Shown: positions 22,871 through 36,979, counted from the whole stretch's first letter. The stretch is 62,950 nucleotides of DNA, filler included, from Octopus bimaculoides (GCF_001194135.2; 5 parts of 5 records of this genome joined end to end with filler, not necessarily neighbours in it); one strand, 5' to 3'. The notes: generated from the sequence alone by a model not told the origin. Translations and numbers: made by a program.

Positions 22871-24074
22871 GACAAAACTTACTTGGAAAAGGATGCGTAG
22901 CATTCGATCATATAATATATAAATATATGCATATACATACATATATATACATTCCTACATATATATGTATATACACATGCATATATGAGTACAGGACATC
23001 AAAAAAACGTTAAACACAATGAGAAACGAAAACATAGAAAACGAAATTTTTTTCGAAAAACGAAAAAAACAAACAGAGAAACGAGACATGCAACATAAAG
23101 AATATATCCCTTCTTCAGTTGTCCCTGTTTCATCTACTCCGCATTTTGAAATCTCTCTCTATCTCTTCTACTATCTCTAAGGATTTTCCTGTCTCTGGGG
23201 ATTCTATTGGCATGTTTGCTGGCCTTTCTTTCTGGCACATATTGGGTGCATATGTCTATATATATATGTATGTGTATATGTATATATACATATATATATA
23301 TGTTTATATGTATATACATATGTATATATATATATATATATATATATNNNNNNNNNNNNNNNNNNNNNNNNNNNNNNNNNNNNNNNNNNNNNNNNNNNNN
23401 NNNNNNNNNNNNNNNNNNNNNNNNNNNNNNNNNNNNNNNNNNNNNNNNNNNNNNNNNNNNNNNNNNNNNNNNNNNNNNNNNNNNNNNNNNNNNNNNNNNN
23501 NNNNNNNNNNNNNNNNNNNNNNNNNNNNNNNNNNNNNNNNNNNNNNNNNNNNNNNNNNNNNNNNNNNNNNNNNNNNNNNNNNNNNNNNNNNNNNNNNNNN
23601 NNNNNNNNNNNNNNNNNNNNNNNNNNNNNNNNNNNNNNNNNNNNNNNNNNNNNNNNNNNNNNNNNNNNNNNNNNNNNNNNNNNNNNNNNNNNNNNNNNNN
23701 NNNNNNNNNNNNNNNNNNNNNNNNNNNNNNNNNNNNNNNNNNNNNNNNNNNNNNNNNNNNNNNNNNNNNNNNNNNNNNNNNNNNNNNNNNNNNNNNNNNN
23801 NNNNNNNNNNNNNNNNNNNNNNNNNNNNNNNNNNNNNNNNNNNNNNNNNNNNNNNNNNNNNNNNNNNNNNNNNNNNNNNAGTTAAAACTTACTGTATAAA
23901 GGTTAACGTGTGCGTTCTGTCGTGATACAAACAATATATGAGTAAATGCATATATATGTACATATCTTCATCTACATGTACATATAGATACATAACTGGG
24001 TACATGACGTGGCAAAAGAACATGGACAAAATGATAAACAGGTACAACAAACAAGCAAGCCACATATATATATA

Positions 24075-24850
24075 TAGGCGCAGTAGTGGCTGTGTAGTAA
24101 GTAGCTTGCTTACTAACCACATGGTTCCGGGTTCAGTCCCACTGCGTCGCACCTTGGGCATCATATATGTGGTGAATGGGCTGTGATGAGCTATGTGTTG
24201 TTGGTGGAGAGAGATCGCAGATGAAGCAAACGGAAGTGAAGACAGGCCGGAAGGGCCGGCGAAAGTCGGCCACACGCGGTGGACAGCGAGCACATGGGGT
24301 CAGTTCGAAGATAGACGGCTTACGTAGAAGACTTGTTTTGATCTGGAGCGATCGTTCACTCCGCCACGGTCGACAAGGTAAGGTCCCAGTGTTTCATTTT
24401 CCCTTTTGCTTCTTCTTGTCTTTTTTCTCCATCACACCACAAGCTATTTCGGCAAATAACAAAAAAAAAAGTTAAAAAATTATGAGTGTAGTCCGCATCT
24501 CTAACGATGTGAATAAACCGTTTTGCGGTGACACGGATGTGGTTGTGTGGTTAAAAAAGATGAAACTGGTTGCGAAGGTAAGGTCCCAGTGTTTCATTCT
24601 CCCTTTTGCTTCTTGTTCTCTTTTTCCTCCATCACACCACAGTATATATGTATATGTATGTATTTGTCCCCCCAACATCGCTTGACGTCTGATGCGGGTG
24701 TGTTTACGCCCCTGTAACTTAGCAGTTCGGCAAAAGAGACCGATCGAAAATGTACCAGGCTTACAAAGAATAAATCCTGGGGTCGAGTTGCTCGACTAAA
24801 GGCGGTGCTCCAGTATGGCCAGAATCAAATGACTGGAACAAGTAAAGAGT
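24075..24850 (+). mobile_element. SINE family A interrupted by an LTR element
   Basis: Head 24075-24160 and tail 24650-24850. Confidence 0.85.
24168..24641 (+). mobile_element. Internally deleted Gypsy-like LTR retrotransposon inserted in a SINE
   Basis: LTR 24168-24441 with TGTGGTG..CACCACA termini. gag start MSVVRISNDVNKPFCGDTDVVVWLKKMKLVAK at 24482. Second copy of the LTR 3' end at 24575-24641, exactly 200 bp after the first. Confidence 0.8.
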
Positions 24851-24854
24851 AAGA

Positions 24855-24886
<32 letters not shown>

Positions 24887-24930
24887 NNNNNNNNNNNNNN
24901 NNNNNNNNNNNNNNNNNNNNNNNNNNNNNN

Positions 24931-24942
24931 TTAATTAATTAA
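24931..24942. other. Artificial assembly linker
   Basis: 44 N + TTAATTAATTAA + 44 N. Confidence 0.97.
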
Positions 24943-25559
24943 NNNNNNNNNNNNNNNNNNNNNNNNNNNNNNNNNNNNNNNNNNNNGCTGGGACGGCTAT
25001 CATTCTTCTTTTTTTTTAAACTTGTGATTTACAATGATGAGTTGTATGCACACACACACACGTACACCCACACATCCACACACACTCTCCCTTCTTTTTT
25101 CTTCCTCTCCTTTTTCTTCTCTCTTGCTCTCTCTCTCTCTCACGCAACCACACACACACACACTCTTTTTCTCTCTTCTTTTTCTTCTTCTTTTTCTTCT
25201 ATCTCTTTCTTTCTCTCTCACGCACACACACACACAACATACTTGTTCTATCTTCAGATAATACGAAGCCAACAAATACGATGACACTACAGTATAATTT
25301 TTCTCCTGCTTCATCGGTGCAAAAATGTATTTATATGTGATTTTCTTGAATCTCATTGATGCATGTTTTGTATCAACATCGGGTAAGGGTGGATCGGATA
25401 CGGATGTATAATTGGGGTGGGGAGTAGTGTGTTCAAGTGTGGGAAGTGTGAACAACAGGTATCCTCAAAGTCCTTCAACTCAATAAGAAAACGCCATCAA
25501 AATATGAAATAAAATCATCTTACGCCATCGTCATCGTTGTCGTGGCATATGGAGCATCT

Positions 25560-25790
25560 TAACTCTTTAAAACCAATTCTATTCAACGTAAAGCCGGACA
25601 AATTGCTTTGCAGCTTTTCTTTCGGCTTTACGTTCTTAGATCAAATTCCGTCGAGATCGACTTTGCCTTTTCTTCGTTTCGGGGTCGATAAAATAAGCAC
25701 CAGTCGAACACTGGGGTCCACAACTAGTCCCCACCCCTACTGCTCTCAAAATTTCAGGCCTTGTGCCTGTCTACAATAGAAGGAATTCTT
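25560..25790 (+). mobile_element. SINE family B
   Basis: Central block and CCTTGTGCC tail. Confidence 0.75.
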
Positions 25791-26967
25791 ATTAAATATT
25801 GTATTTGTGTATAGCAATATTGTTATAATGTTTCGATTCTTTAGGCCCTGAGTTCGAATTCCGCTCTCAACCCAAGCTGTAATGAGTCAATGAGAGATCC
25901 TCTATAGAATCAATCGACCTGCAAAGCATAGCAGCTAAACCTCCCTAACGTTTATTTAAAAAGAATCAGACACTGTACAATGTAATCCTAGATATGCAAA
26001 CCGACGGGATGGTCGCGGATATTATGGCTCGCCTAAAGTTAAACACCAACAACGATGACGGCGACGACAACAACAGCACCATCAACTTGCTATGGCATAA
26101 TATACTCTATATTACGTACAGCGTTCACGATGCAATTGATAAATCTGAACGCGGTCACTTGAACTGGTAGAAATAGCAGCTTAAGTCCCATCGAATCCTG
26201 ACTTAATGTCATAAAAAAGGAAGTATACATAAAGAAAAACAGAAAAGTGTCGAGAACAACTGCCACAACCGTGGCCACCACAACCGTGGCCACCACAACC
26301 GCAACTACAACAACTACAAACAACCGCAACCAGCATCGCGAACCACTAGGGTCGTATGAAAGGAAAGAAAGGATGCGTGTGTGTGTGTCTGTGTGTATTC
26401 ACATATATGTTTGTGTGTATGTATACGTGTACATACGTATGTATGCATGTATATATGTATGTATATATGCATGTATGTATGTGTGTATGTATGTATGGAC
26501 GTCGTCATTAAGTTATCAACTCTATTTGACTTCGACAACGGAAGATTGCTTTAACTCTCTTTTACATTGCATTGTTGTTTCATCAAACATGGCCGTTAAT
26601 GGGAAAACCGTTCAGACCATAACATCGTCATCATCATCATCACCATCACCATCATCATCATCATAATCGTCTCCGTTGTCATCATCGTCACAAACGTGAT
26701 CTTCACCACCACCAACATATTAATTGTCTCTATTGTCCTCCTCCTCCTCTTCCTCCTCATCATCATTATCAACCACAAAGAAAAACAGCAACAAACAGGA
26801 CCACCACCACCAACAACAACAACAACAACAGCAACAGAAACAGCAACAGAAACAGAAAGAGTAATGATGAGACATTATCAACTCTCATTATAACACCATT
26901 ATGTTGTTACAGCATCGGCTGCAGAAGAGGAACAAAAAAACTCTGTTAAGTAACGACATCTATGTAC

Positions 26968-26999
<32 letters not shown>

Positions 27000-27536
27000 N
27001 NNNNNNNNNNNNNNNNNNNNNNNNNNNNNNNNNNNNNNNNNNNNNNNNNNNNNNNNNNNNNNNNNNNNNNNNNNNNNNNNNNNNNNNNNNNNNNNNNNNN
27101 NNNNNNNNNNNNNNNNNNNNNNNNNNNNNNNNNNNNNNNNNNNNNNNNNNNNNNNNNNNNNNNNNNNNNNNNNNNNNNNNNNNNNNNNNNNNNNNNNNNN
27201 NNNNNNNNNNNNNNNNNNNNNNNNNNNNNNNNNNNNNNNNNNNNNNNNNNNNNNNNNNNNNNNNNNNNNNNNNNNNNNNNNNNNNNNNNNNNNNNNNNNN
27301 NNNNNNNNNNNNNNNNNNNNNNNNNNNNNNNNNNNNNNNNNNNNNNNNNNNNNNNNNNNNNNNNNNNNNNNNNNNNNNNNNNNNNNNNNNNNNNNNNNNN
27401 NNNNNNNNNNNNNNNNNNNNNNNNNNNNNNNNNNNTATGCGTGTGTGTGCATATATGCATATGTTTATATATAAACTTACATAATAGTGCACATATGAAT
27501 ATATAGATGTAATATTTTGATTTCAAATAGATGATG

Positions 27537-27570
<34 letters not shown>

Positions 27571-28115
27571 CATAATGGCTGCTAAATATGGCTATTATTA
27601 TTATTTCAACGACAGTGTCATCAATTCCCGACGATAAAAAACAAATCCTTAATGTTATAATAACAGCCATTGATACTACCATCACCACCACCACCACCAC
27701 CACCACCGCCACCATAGCTACTACTACTGTTATCGACGTCACCACCTCCAGCGTAGCTACATCCATCCCCCACCACCAACTACTACTACTACTACTAACA
27801 CTACCAACCCCATCATCACCAGTGGTACTATCCAGTACAATTATGCCCATCACCACTTCTACCACAAACGCCCACCACAACAACAGCCAAGACCATATCA
27901 CTGACGCTATGTCCTCTACTAATGCCACTAATATCACTCCCCCCACCCACGCTTCACTCAAACACTACGACAGAATGCCTCGCCGCCACCAACACCACCC
28001 TTCTCCCTAATCCTGTTATTTTAAACTAAATCTTTCCCCTCCCCTCAAATGTAAAACTAAATCCAATAAAAAATCTCCAACGCTAAATCTTCACTGCAAA
28101 TATATATGTAAATAT

Positions 28116-28158
<43 letters not shown>

Positions 28159-28168
28159 NNNNNNNNNN

Positions 28169-28206
<38 letters not shown>

Positions 28207-28502
28207 TGTGTGTATGTGTACATATATGTATATATATTTGCACATATATATATAAAACATTGTTGCCCTAACTTTCTATTTTTCTTTCTCAATTCTCTTT
28301 CTCTCTCTCTTTCTCTCTATCTCTTTCACTCACTCTGTCTCTCTTTCTTTCTCTTTCTTTCTCTCTCTTTCTCTCTCTCTCCCTCTTTCTCTCTCTCTCT
28401 CTCTCTTTCCATTCCCCTCCCCCCTCTCTCACCCATTCACTGCTGTTATTCAATACCAGTAAAAGATTAAAAAAACAAGAACGTGTAACAAATATCACCA
28501 TC

Positions 28503-28534
<32 letters not shown>

Positions 28535-29029
28535 GAATATTGCCAGAAGAAACATCCAGAGAAGAAGAGCCGTGTTAACTCTAAGCAGTGTTAATGACAA
28601 TAATTTCTATGTGAAACAAAAATGTCGCCCAGCCACACAATCGCCGACTCTTCTGTCGGCCATTAATCTCTCTAATGAATGCACAGATATGCAGCAGCCA
28701 CTAATGTTAGATATTAGAAGCCTCTTACACTTTTCTTATTCCAAACTAGTTCTCTTTTAAATGCTTTTCCGTTCCACACTTTTAATGACTTCATTCTTTA
28801 CTTTCTTTCCGAAACATTTATTTTTTTCTTCTTTCCATTTAACGATTTTTCGTTTTTCGTTTTCCGATTATAGTTTTTGGGGTTTTGATTTCGGATTGCT
28901 ATATTTTTCTTTTCCTCTTGTTTTGTTCTTCGATTTTTATTAGTATTTTTTTTTTTGCCATTTTCCTTCGAATTTTGCTTTGTTTTCTCACCCAAGTTCT
29001 CTCTTTCTCTCCCTCTCTCTCTCTCTCTT

Positions 29030-29077
<48 letters not shown>

Positions 29078-29572
29078 CCCTTACTGTTCATTTGTCTGTG
29101 TTAATGCTTATGCACACGTATGTATGTATAAGTGTTTGTTTGTGTGTATGCGCATGTACGTAACTATGTATGTATGTATGTATGTACATGCGTCTGTCTC
29201 TGTTACGACTCAGTCGTGGTAGACATGTGAATTTGTGTGTCTATACGTGTGTGTGTGTGTGTATGTGTGTGCGCGCGCGCGTGTGTGTATACGTAGGTAT
29301 GTATATATACAAACATGATATACATATATATATGTATACATATATATATATATGGTATAATTTATTATTATTATTTCAACGACAGTGTCATCAATTCCCG
29401 ACGATAAAAAACAAATCCTTAATGTNNNNNNNNNNNNNNNNNNNNNNNNNNNNNNNNNNNNNNNNNNNNNNNNNNNNNNNNNNNNNNNNNNNNNNNNNAT
29501 ATAGGAGGGAGATAGAGATATGTATATATACATACATATTCAATATATATACATTTGTATATGCGCTGATAA

Positions 29573-29605
<33 letters not shown>

Positions 29606-29953
29606 GTGTGTGTGCGTGTGGTGTGTGTGTTATGGTTCCCCTAAGTGTGTATATACTTTGTTTATACATTTAGTGTAAGGGTCCAGTTTTCTGTTTGTCC
29701 CCATTTTTCTATTTCTCTCCACTTAGTGTTCTCCCCATCCCCATCTTCAAATCAAACAAACGTTGTTGTTGTTGTTGTTGTTGCTCTTCCTGTGTTGCAT
29801 CAATATGACCGTTGTTGTTGTTGTTGTTGTTATTGTTGCTGCAGTGTTTGATGTTGTTGTTGTCACCTGACTTTCTTCCTGTTTTTTCTTCCTCCTCTGG
29901 TCTACTCCTTCTTCTTCATTTTTGTCGACACCTTCCTCTTCCTCCTCTTCTTC

Positions 29954-29984
<31 letters not shown>

Positions 29985-30079
29985 CCAGTGCTACCACCAG
30001 CATTAGCATCATCATCATCATCATCATTATTATTATTGTACTTGCCGCAAACATCCAATCAAGAATACATACACCTAAA

Positions 30080-30124
<45 letters not shown>

Positions 30125-30131
30125 GTGATAT

Positions 30132-30232
<101 letters not shown>

Positions 30233-30252
30233 GAGATGATGTGATGATGATG

Positions 30253-30304
<52 letters not shown>

Positions 30305-30924
30305 TAATAATAATAATAATAATAACTGGAACAACAACGTCAACAATAACAAGAAAGACAATAAGATCGTCAACTACTAAAACCCCAAATAGTAACTGCA
30401 GCAACATCACCAGCGCCACCAGCGCCACCAACACCCCTACAACCACCACCACAGCCATCGCCACCCCGACCGCACTCCTCTTCAGCACTAACATCATCAA
30501 CAACAACAAGAACAAAACAAAAATATTGAATTTGAGGCTGGAAACTGGATTTTGCTTTTAGACGAGTAACTTAATGAGCATTCATTAAACTGAAGACGCT
30601 GACTTCATTACGTGACGTCAATTCTATTCGACGCTATACAAGCCGGAAGTGGAACTTTTTTTTACCGGATGTAGCCGTGGCGGTTTAAATTGAAACACAT
30701 CCATAAATACCTTTTGTTATTGTTGTTGTCGTCGTCGTCTTCTTTACATCCATTGTTGTTGTTTCTGTTGTTGTTGTAATATTTCGTATGCAATGCCTGG
30801 CCACTCGGCTCAATAGCTGTTATTTTGTTGTTTCCTGACCAAGAAAACTGCAGAACGACACACTTTGTTCATTTAAATGTAGCCAGATACGGCTTTTATT
30901 ATTATTATTATTATCATTATTATT

Positions 30925-31010
<86 letters not shown>

Positions 31011-31019
31011 CATCATCAA

Positions 31020-31235
31020 TGCGGTGTGCTGGCAGAATTGTTAGCACGCTGGCCAAAATGCTCAGCGGTATTTCGTCCGTCTTTACGTTCTGAGTTCAAA
31101 TTCTGCTGAGGTCGACTTTGCCTTTCATTTTTTTGAGGTCCATAAAATAAGTACTAGTTGAGCACCGGGGTCGATGAAAACCGACTTATCCCTCTCCCTC
31201 GTCTAAATTTCGGGCCCTGTGCTTATAATAGAAAG
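31020..31235 (+). mobile_element. SINE family B
   Basis: Full-length copy preceded by (ATT/ATC)n. Confidence 0.85.
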
Positions 31236-31667
31236 GACTGTTGGTCACGGTTGGTTTGGTTCCACTCTGCTTCTAATGCTATTGCGCGCGTTGATGGTGT
31301 CATGGGAAAAGTTATGCAATATTTCATTTGACTANNNNNNNNNNNNNNNNNNNNNNNNNNNNNNNNNNNNNNNNNNNNNNNNNNNNNNNNNNNNNNNNNN
31401 NNNNNNNNNNNNNNNNNNNNNNNNNNNNNNNNNNNNNNNNNNNNNNNNNNNNNNNNNNNNNNNNNNNNNNNNNNNNNNNNNNNNNNNNNNNNNNNNNNNN
31501 NNNNNNNNNNNNNNNNNNNNNNNNNNNNNNNNNNNNNNNNNNNNNNNNNNNNNNNNNNNNNNNNNNNNNNNNNNNNNNNNNNNNNNNNNNNNNNNNNNNN
31601 NNNNNNNNNNNNNNNNNNNNNNNNNNNNNNNNNNNNNNNNNNNNNNNNNNNNNNNNNATATATATAG

Positions 31668-32016
31668 GCGTATAGGCGCAGGAGTGGCTGTGTGGTAAAT
31701 AGCTTGCTTACCAACCACACGATTCCGGGTTCAGTCCCACTGCGTGGCAGCTTGGGCGAGTGTCTTCTACTATCACCTCGGGCCGACCAAAACCATCGTA
31801 TGTATGTATATATATATATGTGTGTGTGTGTATATGTTTGTGTGTCTGTGTTTGTCCCCCCAATATCGCTTGATAACTGATGCTGGTGTGTTTACGTCCC
31901 CGTAACTTAGCGGTCCGGCAAAAGTGACCGATAGAATAAGTACTAGGCTTACAAATAATAAGTCCTGGAGTCGATTTGCTCGACTAAAAGGCGGTGCTCC
32001 AGCATGGCTACAGTCA
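31668..32016 (+). mobile_element. SINE family A
   Basis: Head GGCGCAGGAGTGGCTGTGTGG, GGGTTCAGTCCC, and the shared tail. Confidence 0.85.
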
Positions 32017-32346
32017 TAAAACTAATAATTCTGCAACAGCACAATCGGAGTAAGACCTATTACACAAATGGTTGGTCGTAGCCTTGGCATGTCTGGGATC
32101 CGCGAACAGGCGATGGCAAGACTCGAACACGAGTCTGCAGCCATCATATATAAGTGTACACATGGATATACACACACGCACGCACACACATACACACATA
32201 CACACACACATATTTGTACAAATATGTCTATGTGTATGAGCGTATATGTACATATAAGTTTATACATCTGTATTGGACATACTCACACACACATACACAC
32301 ATGCATAATATTAATGTATGTATATATATATGTGTATATGTCTGTG

Positions 32347-32387
<41 letters not shown>

Positions 32388-32496
32388 TAACGCACAGACA
32401 CATGTATACGTATGCGCGTGTTAGTATAACCGTGCGAATTATGAACGAACGTGTTATGTCATACGTATGTGTGTGATGTGAGTGTATGTGTATGGT

Positions 32497-32544
<48 letters not shown>

Positions 32545-33054
32545 NNNNNNNNNNNNNNNNNNNNNNNNNNNNNNNNNNNNNNNNNNNNNNNNNNNNNNNN
32601 NNNNNNNNNNNNNNNNNNNNNNNNNNNNNNNNNNNNNNNNNNNNNNNNNNNNNNNNNNNNNNNNNNNNNNNNNNNNNNNNNNNNNNNNNNNNNNNNNNNN
32701 NNNNNNNNNNNNNNNNNNNNNNNNNNNNNNNNNNNNNNNNNNNNNNNNNNNNNNNNNNNNNNNNNNNNNNNNNNNNNNNNNNNNNNNNNNNNNNNNNNNN
32801 NNNNNNNNNNNNNNNNNNNNNNNNNNNNNNNNNNNNNNNNNNNNNNNNNNNNNNNNNNNNNNNNNNNNNNNNNNNNNNNNNNNNNNNNNNNNNNNNNNNN
32901 NNNNNNNNNNNNNNNNNNNNNNNNNAGTGCTGGTGGCAGTAGTGTTGGTAGTGATACTGGTGTTGGCGGTTGCTAGTGGTGGTGGTGGTGGTGGTGGTGG
33001 CGGCGGTGGAGGCGATAGTGGTGTTGGTACTGATGGTAGTGGCAGCGATAGTGG

Positions 33055-33090
<36 letters not shown>

Positions 33091-33399
33091 GAGTTTAAAC
33101 TTTCCTAAACTGGGGATGAATGTAGGCATCATATATACGGAGATGAAATACTGGAGATTTATCGTTACGTTATTCATATTAATACATATATGGTGGGTCA
33201 TCCCATGAATAAAGCGGGGTTTTTTTCAATTGCATGAACTAAACGTCGGAGGGAGACGGGATAAGCTATCTGCATCAACTTGCAATGAGATAGTAATTTT
33301 ACCTTGTCCTTGTTCTTAGTACAAGTTTTGAAGAGTGCAGTCCGACTTTAACAGTTATCGTTTCAAAGCTATAATGTTCAACCACATACAGAGAGAATG

Positions 33400-33630
33400 A
33401 CATTCCAAAGGCAGAAGTAGTTTGAATGGGAAACAATGCACCACCCACCATATTCGCTGGACATTGCCCCATCTGATTATAATTTATTCCGCAGTCTTCA
33501 AAATTATTTGGCTGGTAAAAAATATGAACTCTGTAGATGAGGTCAGAACAGTACTGGAGGAGTATTTTTTGTCATGAACAAGAATTTTGGTTGAGGGACC
33601 TTGCAAGTCTACCAGAGAGATGGTAGAAAC
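33400..33630 (+). mobile_element. Mariner transposase C-terminal fragment
   Basis: WETMHHPPYSLDIAPSDYNLFRSLQNYLAGKK, the YSPDLAPSD catalytic motif. Confidence 0.88.
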
Positions 33631-34010
33631 ACAGGACACATTATATAATACATTCCTGGCTGCATTTAGAAGCTGGATGGCCATGGATGGCATGCCTTTG
33701 ATCATAAATCTATTCGATCAGGATAAATAGTAATAAACCACAGAAAAGAATTGGTACAAATATAGACCAAGAAAGATTTCAGAGTACGCCAAGGTGACCT
33801 TAGCCAAGAGGACATGTCTATTCACACAAAGGGATTAAAATTAATCCAATGAATATTGTTGTCAAAGATTAGCAGGAAATAAAACACTTGTCTGCTAATG
33901 GCAGCGTTATTCCTAATAGATGAGAATGTATTTCTCCAAGACATTAAGAAATTGTCCAAATATATTTAATTTGGATCAGCAAATAGAGATAACCTGGATG
34001 TGAGGGGAAA

Positions 34011-34033
34011 GGGTTAGGGTTAGGGTTAGGGTT
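34011..34033 (+). repeat. Short interstitial (TTAGGG)n
   Basis: GGGTTAGGGTTAGGGTTAGGGTT. Confidence 0.8.
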
Positions 34034-34232
34034 GAGAACAGAAACGAACCCTAAAATTAGAAAAACTCTAAGGATGATTTTTAAAGACGTGAAGAAATAC
34101 CCTAAACAAAACTCCGGGACTTCGACATACGTGTATAGCAGACAGATAATATCATTATAATTTGGCTCACACACACATACTTACACGCACATACACACGT
34201 AGGCACGCGCTCGTGCACGCACATACACGCGC

Positions 34233-34275
<43 letters not shown>

Positions 34276-34396
34276 TACGCACATACACACATTACGTAGA
34301 AGACTTACAATATAATAGAAAACAGAAAACCCAAACAAAACACTGCACCTATCCAAGGTACATAGAACTGTGTTCGGTTGTGCAACAAAAGCACTC

Positions 34397-34446
<50 letters not shown>

Positions 34447-35031
34447 TAATAATAATACTTCAATGATACTAATAAAGGTACCATTACTTGATCTAGAAAG
34501 AAAAAAAGTTGCATTGTCCATTTAGCCGATGAAACTAATCATTCCTTATTTCCTATGATCCAAGCATTTTCCTCTTCTTAATCACACTAAAAGCCATTCA
34601 CATTTATACGGTTATAGGCCAGCGTTGCCTTAACAAAGGACGAAATCGAAGTAGAGCTTAATGAGGTATTCAGTCGACACATAACGGAGCATAGAACATG
34701 TGTTAATCAGCCATAATATAGCAATTGGTGAAGTGGTAAATCTACTTCATCACTCGGCTCCCTCTTCCCGCCACCCCCGCCCTCTTACCTCACATTTAAA
34801 CACTCTTAACTCACTTGTTACATTATTTCGTATATATATATTTTTTTGCTCTTTTTGCTTTGTTTTTTGGGGTTTTTTTTTACTTACTCAGTAAACTCTT
34901 CCTTTAACACATTATTAAATCGATTTTACACTCTTCACCGTTCTGCTAAAGTCATACCACACCTATTAAATTGGCAGGCACAACTACAGAACCGGAAATA
35001 TTTACTTATCGATTATTATTATTATTATTAC

Positions 35032-35064
<33 letters not shown>

Positions 35065-35074
35065 TACTATTAAG

Positions 35075-35250
35075 AAGGCGGCGAGCTAGCCGAAACGTGG
35101 GCACGCCGGGCGAAATGCTTAGCGGTATTTCGTCCGTCTTTACGTTCTGAGTTCAAATTCCGCCGATGTCGACTTTGTCTTTCATTCTTTCGGGGTGGAT
35201 AAATAAAGGGGGTCGATCTAATCGACTGCCCCCTCACCAAAAATTTCAGG
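35075..35250 (+). mobile_element. SINE family B
   Basis: Flanked on both sides by (ATT)n. Confidence 0.85.
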
Positions 35251-35256
35251 TTATTA

Positions 35257-35315
<59 letters not shown>

Positions 35316-35586
35316 CTGGTGGTCTTTAGCAGCAATATCCAGTCGATTTCCTGCCTGTATGAAGTGACCAAATGGAGTATGATTACTTTATTCTATCAAA
35401 TATCTTTTAGTGAATGTTTTTATCTTCTCTGTTGTTATTTCATGATACAGACTTAACTTCGGGTGTACGTAAGTTCTAACTCTTGTCATACGTATCCATC
35501 CTTGGCTGACACGGAGCAGCTGCATAAAATATGAGTCATTGTTTCTTCCCAATCTTTTTAGATATTCTGCAGCCAGTGTATTCGTT

Positions 35587-35679
35587 TCATATTACTGTTG
35601 GTGTCTTATGGCGTGGAGTCTTCGATTTTGCTGCCTTCAAGGATTCTTCAATCTCAGATTTGAGTCCTGTGATTTCCAG
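35587..35679 (-). CDS. Candidate terminal coding exon of an unidentified gene
   Basis: Strong acceptor ttgtttttgttccag, then phase-0 LEITGLKSEIEESLKAAKSKTPRHKTPTVI-TGA in unique, non-repetitive sequence. AATAAA on the minus strand at 35387-35392. Confidence 0.45.
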   Translation of the reverse strand: MEITGLKSEIEESLKAAKSKTPRHKTPTVI

Positions 35680-36414
35680 CTGGAACAAAAACAATGTCAC
35701 AGACTCACATACATCCCACACTTATTCATAGTAAGATATGTAGATATTCTGCACTAATTTCGTGAGACCAACGACGCTATTGTTCACTAATACCATGGAA
35801 AATTAACGAAACTAAATAGATAAAACCAAAAATGTGACAATGGCAAAATTCCCTGACAAAGTAACTCGTCACTGATGTGACCACCCCTCCCCTCCTCACT
35901 AAACAGTTTGAGTACTCCCCCCACCACCATCACCGCCCTCCATTTGTTGGTATACTCCACACTTGTAGCTGAGTATCTTCACCGCTGAATAGTAATTTTA
36001 ATTTAAGAACAAACTACTTCATCAAAGATCAAAGAGAAAGTCTCATGTTTTGTTTGGCGTTTAAACAACATAAACGCACACATTACACATACACATATAT
36101 ACGCACTAATACTCACTCACACACTCTTTCTCACCCACTTTCAAACACACACACACACACTCATGAACTTAGTACAATTTTAGTTCATCTGAGCAAGATA
36201 TTTAATCACTGAGAATGCACAACGACCGCATGGGTAGTCAGTGCTATAACACACCATGTGTGCGTGTGGAGATAGGGTTATAAGCCATGCTTTGTCCTCG
36301 TGAAAATCCCATCTGCGTATTCTAATTCTTCAAAGTATACCCATAGATGTTCTGATCCATTTAATCTCACGAATAATGGGAAATTTTGGTATAATTTATA
36401 CCAGAAACGTTAGA

Positions 36415-36612
36415 AGAAACGTTAGCACGCCGGGCGAAACGCTTAGAAGTATTTCGCCCGTCGCTACGTTCTGAGTTCAAATCCCACTGAGGTCGACTTT
36501 GGCTTTCATCCTTTCGGGAGTCGATAAATTAAGTACCAGTTGCGTACTGGGGTCGATCTAATCGACTGGCTCCCTCCCCAAACATTTCGGGCCTTGTGCC
36601 TAGAATAGAAAA
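36415..36612 (+). mobile_element. SINE family B
   Basis: Near full-length copy. Confidence 0.85.
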
Positions 36613-36614
36613 GA

Positions 36615-36649
<35 letters not shown>

Positions 36650-36948
36650 ATATGTATGCATATGGAGGATGCATATATGTGCACGTGACTGCATACATAT
36701 GTGTATAAATGTGTGCGTGTAAGCATATATATGCCTGGGGTGCATGCGTGTGTGATTCTGTGTGTGTGTGGGGGTGTATGATTGCTGTGATTTGTTGTTT
36801 GTTGTTGTCACAGTCAGACGTCTTTCATTCAACAATGTTTTACTAACAACTCCTCTGTCAACACTCACTAACACCTGACACCAGTAGATGGCGCTTTGAA
36901 CATCATCGTTGTTTTACAGTTGGTCTGTAGTCTTCACTGATACACACA

Positions 36949-36979
<31 letters not shown>

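Noticed and set aside
23100-23145. GAAAC..CTGAAGAAGGG on the minus strand in a probable PLE-type terminal repeat
   Set aside because: The order and spacing of the boxes do not give a foldable hammerhead in the visible sequence.
27593-29425. Identical 63-bp segment at 27593-27655 and 29363-29425
   Set aside because: The second copy ends at an N gap, so it is most likely a scaffolding duplication, though a real local duplication is not excluded.
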